The translations under genes and the position numbers were made by a program. This document shows, piece after piece, positions 38,788 to 48,276 of a stretch of DNA of 64,000 bases. This stretch comes from Dehalococcoidia bacterium. Lineage in GTDB: Bacteria > Chloroflexota > Dehalococcoidia > UBA6926. Every line of letters starts with the position of its first letter. Positions within the stretch are counted from its first letter, which is position 1. The notes beneath the pieces were generated by a model. That model was not told the DNA's origin. It saw only the letters and a list, made by a program, of their open reading frames with translations, and did not search any database. The DNA lies in NCBI GenBank assembly GCA_963666115.2, contig CAXXET010000006.1, forward strand, positions 192,001 to 256,000, given 5' to 3'.

Positions 38788-39689
38788 CGGTTCGTCTGTC
38801 CTATCGTGTCTGATGGCTCGCCCACCAGGGCGAGAATTTCCGCTCCCCTCGTCCCATCGAGCCGCTGCGCGTCCACGGCAAACTTTGCCGTGGCCTGCGC
38901 GAGCGCCGCGTATAAGGGTACTACGCCCGGCAAGGTTGACTGCAACTGCTCAAGGTGCGCCTGCACGGTCCCGAGGTCTCCCCTGACTATCGGGCCTGTC
39001 AGCGCAGCGGCGGCTCCTTCGCGTTCGATATTCCCCACCGTTCCACGAATGAGCGGCAGCAGCGCCCGCAAGGCTTGCGACTGATTGTACCCGAATTGCG
39101 CCCAAAGGCCAGCAGCCTCCGCGATGATTGCGACCAAATAGTTGGAGGCGAGCACGCCGGAGATGTGGTAGAGGGCGCGGGATTTGTCGTTGATGTCGAT
39201 GGCGTGGCCGTGGAGGGCATGGGCCATGTCACGCAGTTGATGGTGCAGGGCGGGGCTCTGGCTTTCGATGGCGAACGTCACGTTTTCAAGCGATGCGGGA
39301 TTTCTGGCGTTGGGAGGGAATGTTTGGAGGGGATGGAAACCGCCGATCATTGCTCCGAAGCCGCCCGCGCACTCCAGCACGCTGACGGGCGTACCGCCGG
39401 AGCAGTGGACGGCGGCCATGCCGCTGCGCCAGGGGACGCTTTCCGCGACGGCACCGATCACATCATCCGGAACTGTGAGGAACACGATGTCTGCGACGTC
39501 AACGAGGAGCCCGGCGTGGCGGGTGTGCATGGCCCCGCCGATCTGCGCGGCAAGGCTCCTGGCGCGCTCCGCGTCCCGGCTCGTGATGGCGGTGACGTGA
39601 TAGCCCGCGTCCGAGAGGCCGACTGCCAGCGCCGTGCCAACGGCGCCCGCGCCGAGAATGCCGACCCTGTCGCCGCGGAGCGTGGTCAT
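38784..39689 (-). CDS. Rossmann-like + DUF2520 protein (PanG-type ketopantoate reductase)
   Basis: GAGAVG, HCSG, FHPLQTF, LTGPIVRGD; lies in the pan operon. Confidence 0.85.
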   Translation of the reverse strand: MTTLRGDRVGILGAGAVGTALAVGLSDAGYHVTAITSRDAERARSLAAQIGGAMHTRHAGLLVDVADIVFLTVPDDVIGAVAESVPWRSGMAAVHCSGGTPVSVLECAGGFGAMIGGFHPLQTFPPNARNPASLENVTFAIESQSPALHHQLRDMAHALHGHAIDINDKSRALYHISGVLASNYLVAIIAEAAGLWAQFGYNQSQALRALLPLIRGTVGNIEREGAAAALTGPIVRGDLGTVQAHLEQLQSTLPGVVPLYAALAQATAKFAVDAQRLDGTRGAEILALVGEPSDTIGQTNR

Positions 39690-40723
39690 TGCCTCAGGTT
39701 TCCGTTCATGCCGGATATGTGCTCAGCTGCGGACGGGATGCCGGCCAGGCCGGTGGCAGATCGAACGGCGTCGATGATGGCGCGTTCCACCACTTCCGCC
39801 GCCGCCGCGCCGATGGGAGTGAGGCCGAATGCGTCGACGGCGGGCGTGTCCGGCGGGGCGGTGGAAACAAAGAAGAGAGTGTCGCCGTCGCCCATGCCGT
39901 ATGACGGAACGATGGCGCGGGCGATGCCGCTGTGGGCCATCATGGCCAGCCGGTTTGCCTGCGCGACGGTGAGGGGGGCGTCCGTGGCGACGACGCCGAT
40001 GGTGGTGTTCGCCGCCTGGTCGCCGAATCGTCCGTCCTCGCCTCGCCGATAGCCGCTGCGCAGGATTTCACGGGCGCTGTGGAACGGGGGGCCGTCCGCC
40101 CGTTCGTTGCGCGGCCCGGCAAGGAGCGCGCCGTTTTCGGGATCGACGATGTCGCCAAAGGCGTTGACGACCATAACCGCGCCGATCCTGTGGCCGCTCG
40201 CAATGGACATGGCAGCGTTGCCGACGCCGCCCTTGAGAGAGCGTTTCGGGCCAAGGGCCTTGGCGATGGTCGCGCCGGTTCCCGCGCCGACGCTGCCGGA
40301 CGCGGCGGGCTCGTCCGAGGTCTCGCGGATGCCGTCAAGTCCGAAATCGCGGGTGACACGTCGACTCGTGGGTCCGAGATGAAGGTCATAGATCACCGCG
40401 CCGGGGACGATGGGCACGACGCCGCCGGGGGTCTGGAATCCGATGCCCTCGACCTCAAGCTGGCGCATGATGCCCTCTGCGACGTTCATGCCAAAGGCGC
40501 TGCCGCCGGTGAGAAAGATGGAGTGGACGCGCTCAACGAGGGTGCCGGGGCGGAGGAGATCGGTCTCACGGGTGCCGGGGGCCGCGCCGCGAACCTCGAC
40601 GCCGCCAATCGCGCCGTAGCCGGGAAAACGGAGGACGGTCGTCCCCGTCACAGACTCCCTGTCAGTGACGTGGGCGAGACGGACGCCGGGGACGGACGTG
40701 ATGGTCAGGTTGCCGTTCGTCAT
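39686..40723 (-). CDS. P1/DmpA family aminopeptidase
   Basis: RGAAPGTRETD, GGSAFG, VGAGTGA, NTTIGVV, DGDT. Confidence 0.9.
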   Translation of the reverse strand: MTNGNLTITSVPGVRLAHVTDRESVTGTTVLRFPGYGAIGGVEVRGAAPGTRETDLLRPGTLVERVHSIFLTGGSAFGMNVAEGIMRQLEVEGIGFQTPGGVVPIVPGAVIYDLHLGPTSRRVTRDFGLDGIRETSDEPAASGSVGAGTGATIAKALGPKRSLKGGVGNAAMSIASGHRIGAVMVVNAFGDIVDPENGALLAGPRNERADGPPFHSAREILRSGYRRGEDGRFGDQAANTTIGVVATDAPLTVAQANRLAMMAHSGIARAIVPSYGMGDGDTLFFVSTAPPDTPAVDAFGLTPIGAAAAEVVERAIIDAVRSATGLAGIPSAAEHISGMNGNLRQ

Positions 40724-40806
40724 TGCTGCCCCTTCGGATTGTTAAGGGAATGATACAGCGATGCGGCGTGTTGCGGGGCTAATTCGGGGGCAGTTATGCT
40801 GAAAGC

Positions 40807-41574
40807 GTGATGCGTTCCCGTCTTGCCGCCCCGCGACTGTTCGCGCTAGCCATCTCCGCGCTGGCGGTTGGCCTTGCCATGGCGGGCATCGCATGCGCAG
40901 TGGAGGAGGACACGCCGACGCCGGCGCCGAGGCCAACATCCACGCCTATCCCGACATTCACCCCGATTGCAGGCGCAACCGATTCGTTCACAAACCCGGA
41001 TTGTCCAACACCGACAGCCGCCACGCCCATCGAGAGAGAGGAGCCCCTTGACGTGACTGAGAAACTGAACCGCTGGTCCGCGCCGCCGGAGATGCAGATC
41101 GACCCGTCGAAGTGCTATTCGGCGACCTTTGAGACGGAGGTCGGGAACTTCGTCATCGAACTGACGGCAGACAAGACGCCGATCACCGTCAACAATTTCG
41201 TGTTCCTGGCGCGCGAGGGGTATTACGACAATACGACGTTCCATCGCGTGATCCCGGATTTCATGGCGCAGGCGGGCGACCCGTCCGGGACGGGAACGGG
41301 CGGGCCGGGCTACACCATCCAGGACGAGTTCGATCCGACGCTGCGGCATGACGGGGCGGGCATCCTGTCCATGGCCAATGTCGGACGGCCAAACTCCGGT
41401 GGCGGGCAGTTCTTCATCACGTTCGCGCCGACAACATGGCTGGATGACAAGCATACGGTGTTTGGGCGCGTGACGGAGGGAATGGACGTGGTGCGGTCGA
41501 TACGGATCAGAGACCCGCAATCGGATCCGAATCCGGGCACGGCGCTCCACAGCGTGACGATTACGGAATCGTAA
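40807..41574 (+). CDS. Cyclophilin-type PPIase (lipoprotein)
   Basis: [30 protein letters not shown]. Confidence 0.95.
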   Translation: MMRSRLAAPRLFALAISALAVGLAMAGIACAVEEDTPTPAPRPTSTPIPTFTPIAGATDSFTNPDCPTPTAATPIEREEPLDVTEKLNRWSAPPEMQIDPSKCYSATFETEVGNFVIELTADKTPITVNNFVFLAREGYYDNTTFHRVIPDFMAQAGDPSGTGTGGPGYTIQDEFDPTLRHDGAGILSMANVGRPNSGGGQFFITFAPTTWLDDKHTVFGRVTEGMDVVRSIRIRDPQSDPNPGTALHSVTITES

Positions 41575-41623
41575 GGCGGCGCCTCGCCGCTATCGGGGGC
41601 CGGCGATCGTTCGGCCGCCGTGA

Positions 41624-41764
41624 TCAGGAATCCCGTTCGTTCAATTTGTCGACGTACTCGGCCAGCTTGTCGATCACGGGAACAAGCCTGAGGAGCACGA
41701 TGAGGGCTCCGACGGCAACCAACAGCGTAGCGGCGGCTGCAATAATTGATGCTGCATCGCCCAT
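41624..41764 (-). CDS. 46-aa single-TM small protein
   Basis: MGDAASIIAAAATLLVAVGALIVLLRLVPVIDKLAEYVDKLNERDS; GAGGAGG upstream; not in ORF track. Confidence 0.6.
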   Translation of the reverse strand: MGDAASIIAAAATLLVAVGALIVLLRLVPVIDKLAEYVDKLNERDS

Positions 41765-41991
41765 GACATTCCCTCCTCGCCTGCCGACGCTCTACATAAT
41801 CTGCGCCGACTCTGATCGCCCGTAGTAAAGGCACGGGGCGGAGGAATTGTCAAGCGATTTCGCGCGCGCGGGCACGCGAACCAGTTGCGCCTGCTTATGT
41901 GGACGCGTCATAATGTCGCCATTCCGAGGCGCGCGAGACGGCGTGCCAGGACGGACGATGACTCTGCGGAGTCGCGGGAGGGGTGAGGACG

Positions 41992-43206
41992 ATGGATTTT
42001 CGACTCAATGCCGACGACCAGGCGCTGCAGGACGAGGCGCGCGCATTCACGCGAACGGAGTGGAGCGAGAAGGTGGCCGACCCGCGCGGGTGGGACGACA
42101 TGGGCCTTCTCTCCCCGTATCACGCGGATGACGAGGCTTTGCAGGCGCAGCGGGATTTCTCAAAGAAGCTGGTGGACAAGGGCTGGTGGACGATGCACTG
42201 GCCGGAGGAGTACGGGGGCCGCGCCGCCGCCATCACCACGCAGCTTGCGTACCGCGAGGGCATGGCGTACGAGGGCGCGCCGGCGTCGTTCGGCGGCGGA
42301 CTTGTCGCGCCCGTGCTGATGATTCACGGGACGCAGTGGCAGAAGGATGAGTTCCTGCCCAAGATGGCCAATGCGGACATCGACTTCGCGCAGGGGTTTT
42401 CCGAGCCGAACGCAGGGTCCGACCTCGCGAGCCTGCAAACGCGAGCTGTCCGCGACGGCGACGATTACATCGTCAACGGCCAGAAGATCTGGACGTCCGG
42501 CGCGCACTATGGCGAGTGGTACCACGTGCTGGTTCGCACGGACCCGGATGCGCCCAAGCACCGCGGCATCAGCTATGTGTTGATGCAACTGCGGAGTGAT
42601 GAGGGCGACGTTGTGCCGGGGGTCACCCTGCGACCGCTGTTCGATATGACTGGCACGCGGCGGTGGAGCGAGGTGTTCTTTGACAACGTTCGCGTGCCGG
42701 TGCGGAACCTCATCGGCGAGGAGAACCGGGGCTGGTACGCGGCAATGACGACGCTCTCGTTCGAGCGCTCCGGCATCGAGACCGCGGCCAAGTACCTTGG
42801 CGAGTTGGACCGGTTCCTCGAGGTCGTGCGCGGGACGCGCTTCAACGGCGAGGCGGTGCTGAACGACCCGCTCATCCGCCACAAGGTGGCCGATCTGAAG
42901 ATCGAGTTGGAGACGCGCCGGATGCTGTCGTACCGCGTCGCGTTCATGCAGTCGCGCGGCGAGCTGCCTGTGAAGGAAGGCTCGATGGGCAAGGCGTGGG
43001 GCGACAACCTCGGCAAGAAGTGGCCGCAGTTGATGGCGAGCATCTTGCAGGAGTACGGTCGGCTCGGTCTTGGCGAGTCGCGCGCCCCGATGGGCGGCTA
43101 TCCGGGCTTCCGCTACGGCGCGATGCACGGGAGCGGGCTTGGCGGCGGCACGACGGAGATCCAGCGGAACCTGATCGCGCAGCGGGGTTTGGGGCTGCCG
43201 CGGTAG
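41992..43206 (+). CDS. Acyl-CoA dehydrogenase
   Basis: FSEPNAGSDLA, NGQKIWTS, GEENRGW, GGTTEIQRN. Confidence 0.94.
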   Translation: MDFRLNADDQALQDEARAFTRTEWSEKVADPRGWDDMGLLSPYHADDEALQAQRDFSKKLVDKGWWTMHWPEEYGGRAAAITTQLAYREGMAYEGAPASFGGGLVAPVLMIHGTQWQKDEFLPKMANADIDFAQGFSEPNAGSDLASLQTRAVRDGDDYIVNGQKIWTSGAHYGEWYHVLVRTDPDAPKHRGISYVLMQLRSDEGDVVPGVTLRPLFDMTGTRRWSEVFFDNVRVPVRNLIGEENRGWYAAMTTLSFERSGIETAAKYLGELDRFLEVVRGTRFNGEAVLNDPLIRHKVADLKIELETRRMLSYRVAFMQSRGELPVKEGSMGKAWGDNLGKKWPQLMASILQEYGRLGLGESRAPMGGYPGFRYGAMHGSGLGGGTTEIQRNLIAQRGLGLPR

Positions 43207-43229
43207 GGGGTCGTCAGTTAGGGATTCGT

Positions 43230-43257
43230 GTAGGGGCGGTTCGCGAACCGCCCCTAC
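43230..43257. repeat. GTAG-type REP-like palindrome
   Basis: GTAGGGGCGGTTCGCGAACCGCCCCTAC is a perfect palindrome. Confidence 0.8.
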
Positions 43258-43285
43258 TCATAGATGGCGACGACAAGGTGATGAA

Positions 43286-44260
43286 TTGAGCCGACGCTGG
43301 ACTCTGGCCATAGCGCCCCTGGCACTTGCAATCTTGCTGGGCTTGGCGGCGTGCAACGGCAATGAGGATACGCCTGAGCAACCGCAGGCAGATTCAACTG
43401 CTATTGCTACTGGGGATGCGAGCGGGTCGGCAAGCCCGACTCCACTGTCGATTTCGGGGCAGATACCTCCTTCGGCGACTCCGACTCCCGTCTTGTCGCC
43501 GACAGCGATTCCCGATGCAGAGCAACAGGCTATCACTGAGGAATATCTGGAGCGGTGCCGAGTTTACGTGAGGAATAATGAACTGGCGGTCACATACGCC
43601 GAATTCACAGAACTTGATCCTCACAACATGACTGACCTGGAGCGAGTCATCTGGGCCGAGCAGATTGGCCAGCGGGAGCATTGCCGCGACTATTGGAGTG
43701 AACCACTGTCAGCCGCGAATGCCGGCAAGAGGAATGATTCTTATCGGAACGGCTGTTACGAATCGCTCTGGCGCCACCACAACAATTTTATTGAAGGGCA
43801 CAGTCGGGGAAGTGACTCCATTCGCTTTGATCAGGCTGCGCGGATTGCCAACTGGCTCGATATTCCGGGCGATACCCTCGTGACGATGGATCCCAGTCCG
43901 CTTGATCTTGCTATAGCTGCACGGGAGCAGGGGAATCGGTACGAAGAAGGGGACTACGAGACCGCCCTGGACGATGAGTGGTTTGGCCTAGTACCGGGGC
44001 GTGTGCCGGGGCATTTCAGCGTTACGGGGCCGTGGCCGAGGAATCCATTTGAAGTTGGGCCAATGGTCGGAGACTCGTCGGACACGGGCAACTGTGCGCG
44101 GTATTACCCGCAGCTATTCACGGGTCGCTGGATACCGCTGGATACGGCGATCAGGCGCCAAGAGATACAAGAGTATCTCGCTACGAGGACACCCACTCCT
44201 GTTCCGGATGATTTTGGCGAATGGGTCAATCAACGTGACAGACAGGTTTATGTGGGGTAG
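43286..44260 (+). CDS. Hypothetical lipoprotein
   Basis: LAAC lipobox, Pro/Thr linker, several Cys. Confidence 0.65.
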   Translation: MSRRWTLAIAPLALAILLGLAACNGNEDTPEQPQADSTAIATGDASGSASPTPLSISGQIPPSATPTPVLSPTAIPDAEQQAITEEYLERCRVYVRNNELAVTYAEFTELDPHNMTDLERVIWAEQIGQREHCRDYWSEPLSAANAGKRNDSYRNGCYESLWRHHNNFIEGHSRGSDSIRFDQAARIANWLDIPGDTLVTMDPSPLDLAIAAREQGNRYEEGDYETALDDEWFGLVPGRVPGHFSVTGPWPRNPFEVGPMVGDSSDTGNCARYYPQLFTGRWIPLDTAIRRQEIQEYLATRTPTPVPDDFGEWVNQRDRQVYVG

Positions 44261-44291
44261 GCGAACCGTCTGGCGTGCGTAGGCGCGCCTA

Positions 44292-44336
44292 GATTCCCGC
44301 TTTCGCGGGAATGACGGAGGTGGGGGCGGGAATGAC
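44292..44336. repeat. Family A palindrome plus half site
   Basis: GATTCCCGCTTTCGCGGGAATGAC at 44292-44315. Confidence 0.88.
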
Positions 44337-44385
44337 GAGTGGAGTGGCGCCGTTGACTCTGTTCCGGCGGCTAGCTGCGTTCTCG

Positions 44386-45294
44386 CTATGGTTTCCAGGT
44401 GATGATGGCGGGGCGGCGGGGGGCGGTGTTTGAGATTGTGTAGCCGGTTGGGGTTTCCTGGAGGAGTTCGTCGAGGGCGGCCTGGAGGCGGGAGTCTTCG
44501 GGGGTGTTTTGTTCTACGTCCAGGCGGCGGCGGAGCTGATTGGTGATTTCTTCGCGGTTGCGGCCCATGACGGGGGTTTCGGGCGGGAGCATGGTGACGT
44601 CGGGGTAGATGTCCATTGCCCAGAGGAGTTCGAGCAGTTCGGGCACGCCGGGCATGGGGGTCGGCACGGCGCCGTAGACGCGCTCATAGAACGGGACTTC
44701 AAGGGCGCTGGGGGCTTCCATCATCTCGATGACGGCCACGCGGCCCGCTGCGCGCTCCTGCATCTTGGCAATGAACGCTGCCCCCTCCGGCACGTGGTGC
44801 AGCACGAGCGAACAGAGCACGAGATCAGCGGCTTCAACGTCTGCGTCTTCCCATCGTTCGGTCATGACGGTGATGTTGGAGAGTCCGGCCTCGGCGGCGC
44901 GTTCCTGCAACATTCCGACTGCCTCCGCTGACGGTTCGATGACCGTTACGTGTTTGGCGCGCGTGGCTAACGGCAGGGCGAACCGGCCTGCGCCGCCGCC
45001 AACGTCAAGGACGGTTGAGTCCGAATCGATGAGGGCGAACAGGGCATTGACTGCGGGGTCGTCTGTGCGGTGGGGATCACGCGGACGGTTGGTATAGGAG
45101 AATCCACCATGGCCTCCGTGGACGTGGTGGCCGCCGTGCGCATCTTCGCGGCCATCGTGGCCGTGTTCATGGCCCGGGCTGTGGCCGGAGCGGATGGCGG
45201 CGGCCTCGCGGTCGTGGGCGATGATTCGCTCTCGCCACGCGTCGGCTGCGGTCTGAGAGTCCATGTGAGTTTCCCCTCGAATGTTGCTGGTCAA
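44386..45294 (-). CDS. Class I SAM-dependent methyltransferase with His-rich N-terminal insert
   Basis: VLDVGGGAGR, IEPS, SLVLHH; His/Gly tract near the N-terminus. Confidence 0.85.
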   Translation of the reverse strand: MTSNIRGETHMDSQTAADAWRERIIAHDREAAAIRSGHSPGHEHGHDGREDAHGGHHVHGGHGGFSYTNRPRDPHRTDDPAVNALFALIDSDSTVLDVGGGAGRFALPLATRAKHVTVIEPSAEAVGMLQERAAEAGLSNITVMTERWEDADVEAADLVLCSLVLHHVPEGAAFIAKMQERAAGRVAVIEMMEAPSALEVPFYERVYGAVPTPMPGVPELLELLWAMDIYPDVTMLPPETPVMGRNREEITNQLRRRLDVEQNTPEDSRLQAALDELLQETPTGYTISNTAPRRPAIITWKP

Positions 45295-45329
45295 ATGATT
45301 GTATAGGCGTGACCGGTTCGCGCGCTGTT

Positions 45330-45430
45330 GTTAAACGAAAGGGCAGAACGTTTAATTCGGCTCGGCGGCGTTAAACTTTCTTTCATCGGCTCGGCCGCAA
45401 TTAAAGATTCGGCACCAAAACTTGAATTAT
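45330..45430. promoter_or_regulatory. TTAAA..TTTAA operator-like array upstream of second Fic gene
   Basis: AT-rich inverted half-sites, repeated downstream of the gene at 46658-46713. Confidence 0.55.
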
Positions 45431-45479
45431 CCGTGTGGATGGGCACAATGGAGGTGGTTGCACGGAAGGAGGGCGGGAC

Positions 45480-46661
45480 GTGAAGCGCGGACGGATCGGC
45501 ACGTATGAGACGACGTGGGTGGGCGGGGAGACCGTCCGCGCGTTCGTGCCGCATCCGCTGCCGCCCAATCCGCCGCTCCGCATGGACGGCACGCTTCAGC
45601 AGGCGCTGGAGCTGGCGACCGTCGCGATCGGCCGGCTGGATTCCATCTCGAGCCTGCTGCCTGATCCAGACGTCTTTCTCTACGCATACGTGCGCAGGGA
45701 GGCCGTGCTGTCCGGGCAGATCGAGGGGACGCGCTCCACGCTTTCGGACCTGCTGGAGTTTGAGATGGAGCGCGCGCCAGGGGTGCCGGTGGACGACGTG
45801 ACGGAGGTGTCCAACTACGTGGCGGCGATGGCGCACGGGCTGGCGCGCATGGCGGAGGGGTTTCCGCTGTCCAACCGGTTGATCCGGGAGATGCACGAAC
45901 GGCTTCTGGCGAGCGGCCGCGGCAGCCGCGAGCGGCCGGGGGAGTTCCGCGCGTCCCAGAACTGGATTGGCGGCACGCGCCCCGGGAACGCGCTGTTCGT
46001 GCCGCCGCCGAGCCACGCCGTGCAGGACTGCATGGGGGCGCTGGAGAGATTTTTGCACGCGCGGGACGACGGCCTGCCTGTGCTGGTCAGGGCCGGCATC
46101 GCGCATCTCCAGTTCGAGACCATCCATCCGTTCCTTGACGGCAACGGGCGCATTGGGCGGCTGCTGATCCCGCTGCTGCTGTCTGAGCGCGGCTTGTTGA
46201 GCAGGCCGCTGCTGTACATTAGCCTGCACCTGCGGCAGCACAGGGACGAGTACTTTGCGCTGCTGGACCGCGTGCGGATGGACGGCGATTGGGAGGCGTG
46301 GCTCGGTTTTTACCTGGAGGCCGTGCGGTCCACGGCGGAAAACGCGGTGCAGACCGCGCAGGAGCTGACCGGCCTCTTCACGGGGCACCGGCAGATGATC
46401 GTCGAACGGGCCGGACGGCGGGCCGGGTCAGTCCTGCGTGTCTATGACGCCCTGCGGGCGCGCCCCATCCAGAGCGCCCAAACTGCAAGGGAGGCCGTGG
46501 CGCTGTCGTTTCCGACGGTTTCCGCAGCGCTTAGGATGCTGGTGGAGTGGGGCATCGCGCGGGAGATTACAGGCGGCGCGAGCAACCGCGTCTACGTGTA
46601 TGACCAGTACGTCGCCATGCTGAGCGAGGGGGCGGAGCCGGACCAGGCGGGGCGCAATTAA
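45480..46661 (+). CDS. Fic family protein with C-terminal HTH
   Basis: EAVLSGQIEG, HPFLDGNGRIGR. Confidence 0.93.
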   Translation: MKRGRIGTYETTWVGGETVRAFVPHPLPPNPPLRMDGTLQQALELATVAIGRLDSISSLLPDPDVFLYAYVRREAVLSGQIEGTRSTLSDLLEFEMERAPGVPVDDVTEVSNYVAAMAHGLARMAEGFPLSNRLIREMHERLLASGRGSRERPGEFRASQNWIGGTRPGNALFVPPPSHAVQDCMGALERFLHARDDGLPVLVRAGIAHLQFETIHPFLDGNGRIGRLLIPLLLSERGLLSRPLLYISLHLRQHRDEYFALLDRVRMDGDWEAWLGFYLEAVRSTAENAVQTAQELTGLFTGHRQMIVERAGRRAGSVLRVYDALRARPIQSAQTAREAVALSFPTVSAALRMLVEWGIAREITGGASNRVYVYDQYVAMLSEGAEPDQAGRN

Positions 46662-46782
46662 ACTTTCATGCCTAAAACTTTAATTGTTGTCTCGCCCGTT
46701 AAACTTTCTTTCACGGTCGCGCGCCTGTGAATCGGCTACACTGAGGCGTCGGATGGCGGCGGAGCAGGGGAGGATAGGCGTC

Positions 46783-47967
46783 ATGGACTTCCAGCAGTCG
46801 GTTGAGGACCTTGCGTTTCGTGATGAGATTCGGGATTTCGTCGCGGCGAACTGGGATGACACCCGCTACCACATGAACGACGTGTCCAACGCATCGTGGC
46901 ACCTTGACGATACGGAGGCGCTGGACGCCGCCCATCAATTCGCCAAGAAGCTGGTGGACAAGGGCTGGTACACGATGCATTGGCCTTCGGAGCACGGCGG
47001 GCAGGACGCGGGGTTCACGCGGATGCTGACGTACCGCGAGGAGATGGCGTACCGGGGCGCGCCGGCGAGCGGGGCATTTGGCGGGGACGCGGTGATTTTG
47101 CACGGGACGCCGTGGCAGAAGGATGAGTGGCTGCCGAAGATTGCGACGGCGGATATGCCGATCGCGCTCGGGCTCTCGGAACCCGGCAACGGCTCCGATT
47201 TGGCGGGTGTGACGACGCGCGCCGTCCGTGACGGCGACGATTACGTGATCAACGGCCAGAAGATGTGGACGTCCACGGCGCACCATTCGACGTGGATACG
47301 GATGCTGGTGCGCACGGACACGGACGCGCCCAAGCATCGAGGTCTCTCGATATTCTTTGTCCCCCTGGATTCACCCGGCATCACCATCCGCCCCATCCAC
47401 GACATGGCGGGTCGACGCCGGTGGAGCGAGGAGTTCTTCGAAGACGTGCGGGTGCCGTCGCGCTATATGCTCGGCGAGGAGAATCGCGGCTGGTACGTGA
47501 TGGCGGCGTCGTTGACGGCTGAACGGGTGGAGGTTGGCTCGCCCGCATCGCTGCTGCGCGAATGGGAGCGATTCGTGGACTTTGCGCGGACGTACCGCGT
47601 CGACGGGGGCACGCCGCTCGATGATCCGATCAACCGCGCGCTGCTGGCAGACCTGCGCGTCAAGCTCGGCATGTTCCGGGCCATCTGCTGGAAAGGCGCG
47701 TGGGACAGCCGGCAAGGGGAGGACGTGTCACGGATCGCTTCGATCTCGCGCGTGCTTTCGGGCGAGCTGGTGCAGGAGTTGTGGCGCGGGTTCACGCGGG
47801 TCATCGGCGACGCGGCGCAGGTGATGCCGTACGGCGCGGAGTGGGCGCCGATGGACGGGTTCATCGGGGTGAACGCGCTGATGAGCACGGGGCGGACGTT
47901 CGGGCACGGCACGAAGGAGATCCAGCGGAATATCGTGGCGACGCGGGGGTTGGGGTTGCCGCGGTAG
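46783..47967 (+). CDS. Acyl-CoA dehydrogenase
   Basis: LSEPGNGSDLA, NGQKMWTS, GEENRGW, GTKEIQRN. Confidence 0.93.
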   Translation: MDFQQSVEDLAFRDEIRDFVAANWDDTRYHMNDVSNASWHLDDTEALDAAHQFAKKLVDKGWYTMHWPSEHGGQDAGFTRMLTYREEMAYRGAPASGAFGGDAVILHGTPWQKDEWLPKIATADMPIALGLSEPGNGSDLAGVTTRAVRDGDDYVINGQKMWTSTAHHSTWIRMLVRTDTDAPKHRGLSIFFVPLDSPGITIRPIHDMAGRRRWSEEFFEDVRVPSRYMLGEENRGWYVMAASLTAERVEVGSPASLLREWERFVDFARTYRVDGGTPLDDPINRALLADLRVKLGMFRAICWKGAWDSRQGEDVSRIASISRVLSGELVQELWRGFTRVIGDAAQVMPYGAEWAPMDGFIGVNALMSTGRTFGHGTKEIQRNIVATRGLGLPR

Positions 47968-47977
47968 GGAGTTCTTT

Positions 47978-48004
47978 AGATTCTTCGCTGCGCTCAGAAT
48001 GACA
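47978..48004. repeat. Family C palindrome
   Basis: AGATTCTTCGCTGCGCTCAGAATGACA, identical to the 23172 copy. Confidence 0.88.
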
Positions 48005-48043
48005 CGGGCGCGGCTGCGCGCAACCGCATTGGGCGGATGGGTT

Positions 48044-48117
48044 TGGCTGGGGAACGTGGATTCGAACCACGACTAACAGATTCAGAGTCTGTCGTCCTAC
48101 CGTTAGACGATTCCCCA
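48044..48117 (-). tRNA. tRNA-Gln (anticodon CTG)
   Basis: TGGGGAATCGTCTAACGGTAGGACGACAGACTCTGAATCTGTTAGTCGTGGTTCGAATCCACGTTCCCCAGCCA; cloverleaf, TTCGAA T-loop, CCA end. Confidence 0.96.
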
Positions 48118-48276
48118 GCGTCTGAACTCGTCTTTCCATAGTACTCCGAAACGCAAGCAGGGTGGGCACGCCTGGTTCCCGTGTCAGGCACGGGAAAAGG
48201 AATTGGACGGTGGCGCCGCCTGGGGTTCCGTGTCAGGCACGGGAAACGATTCGGGGGATGGGCGTACACTGTTTGT

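Noticed and set aside
48044-48117. tRNA-Gln as an island integration site
   Set aside because: No duplicated tRNA 3' end and no integrase found by eye in the window.
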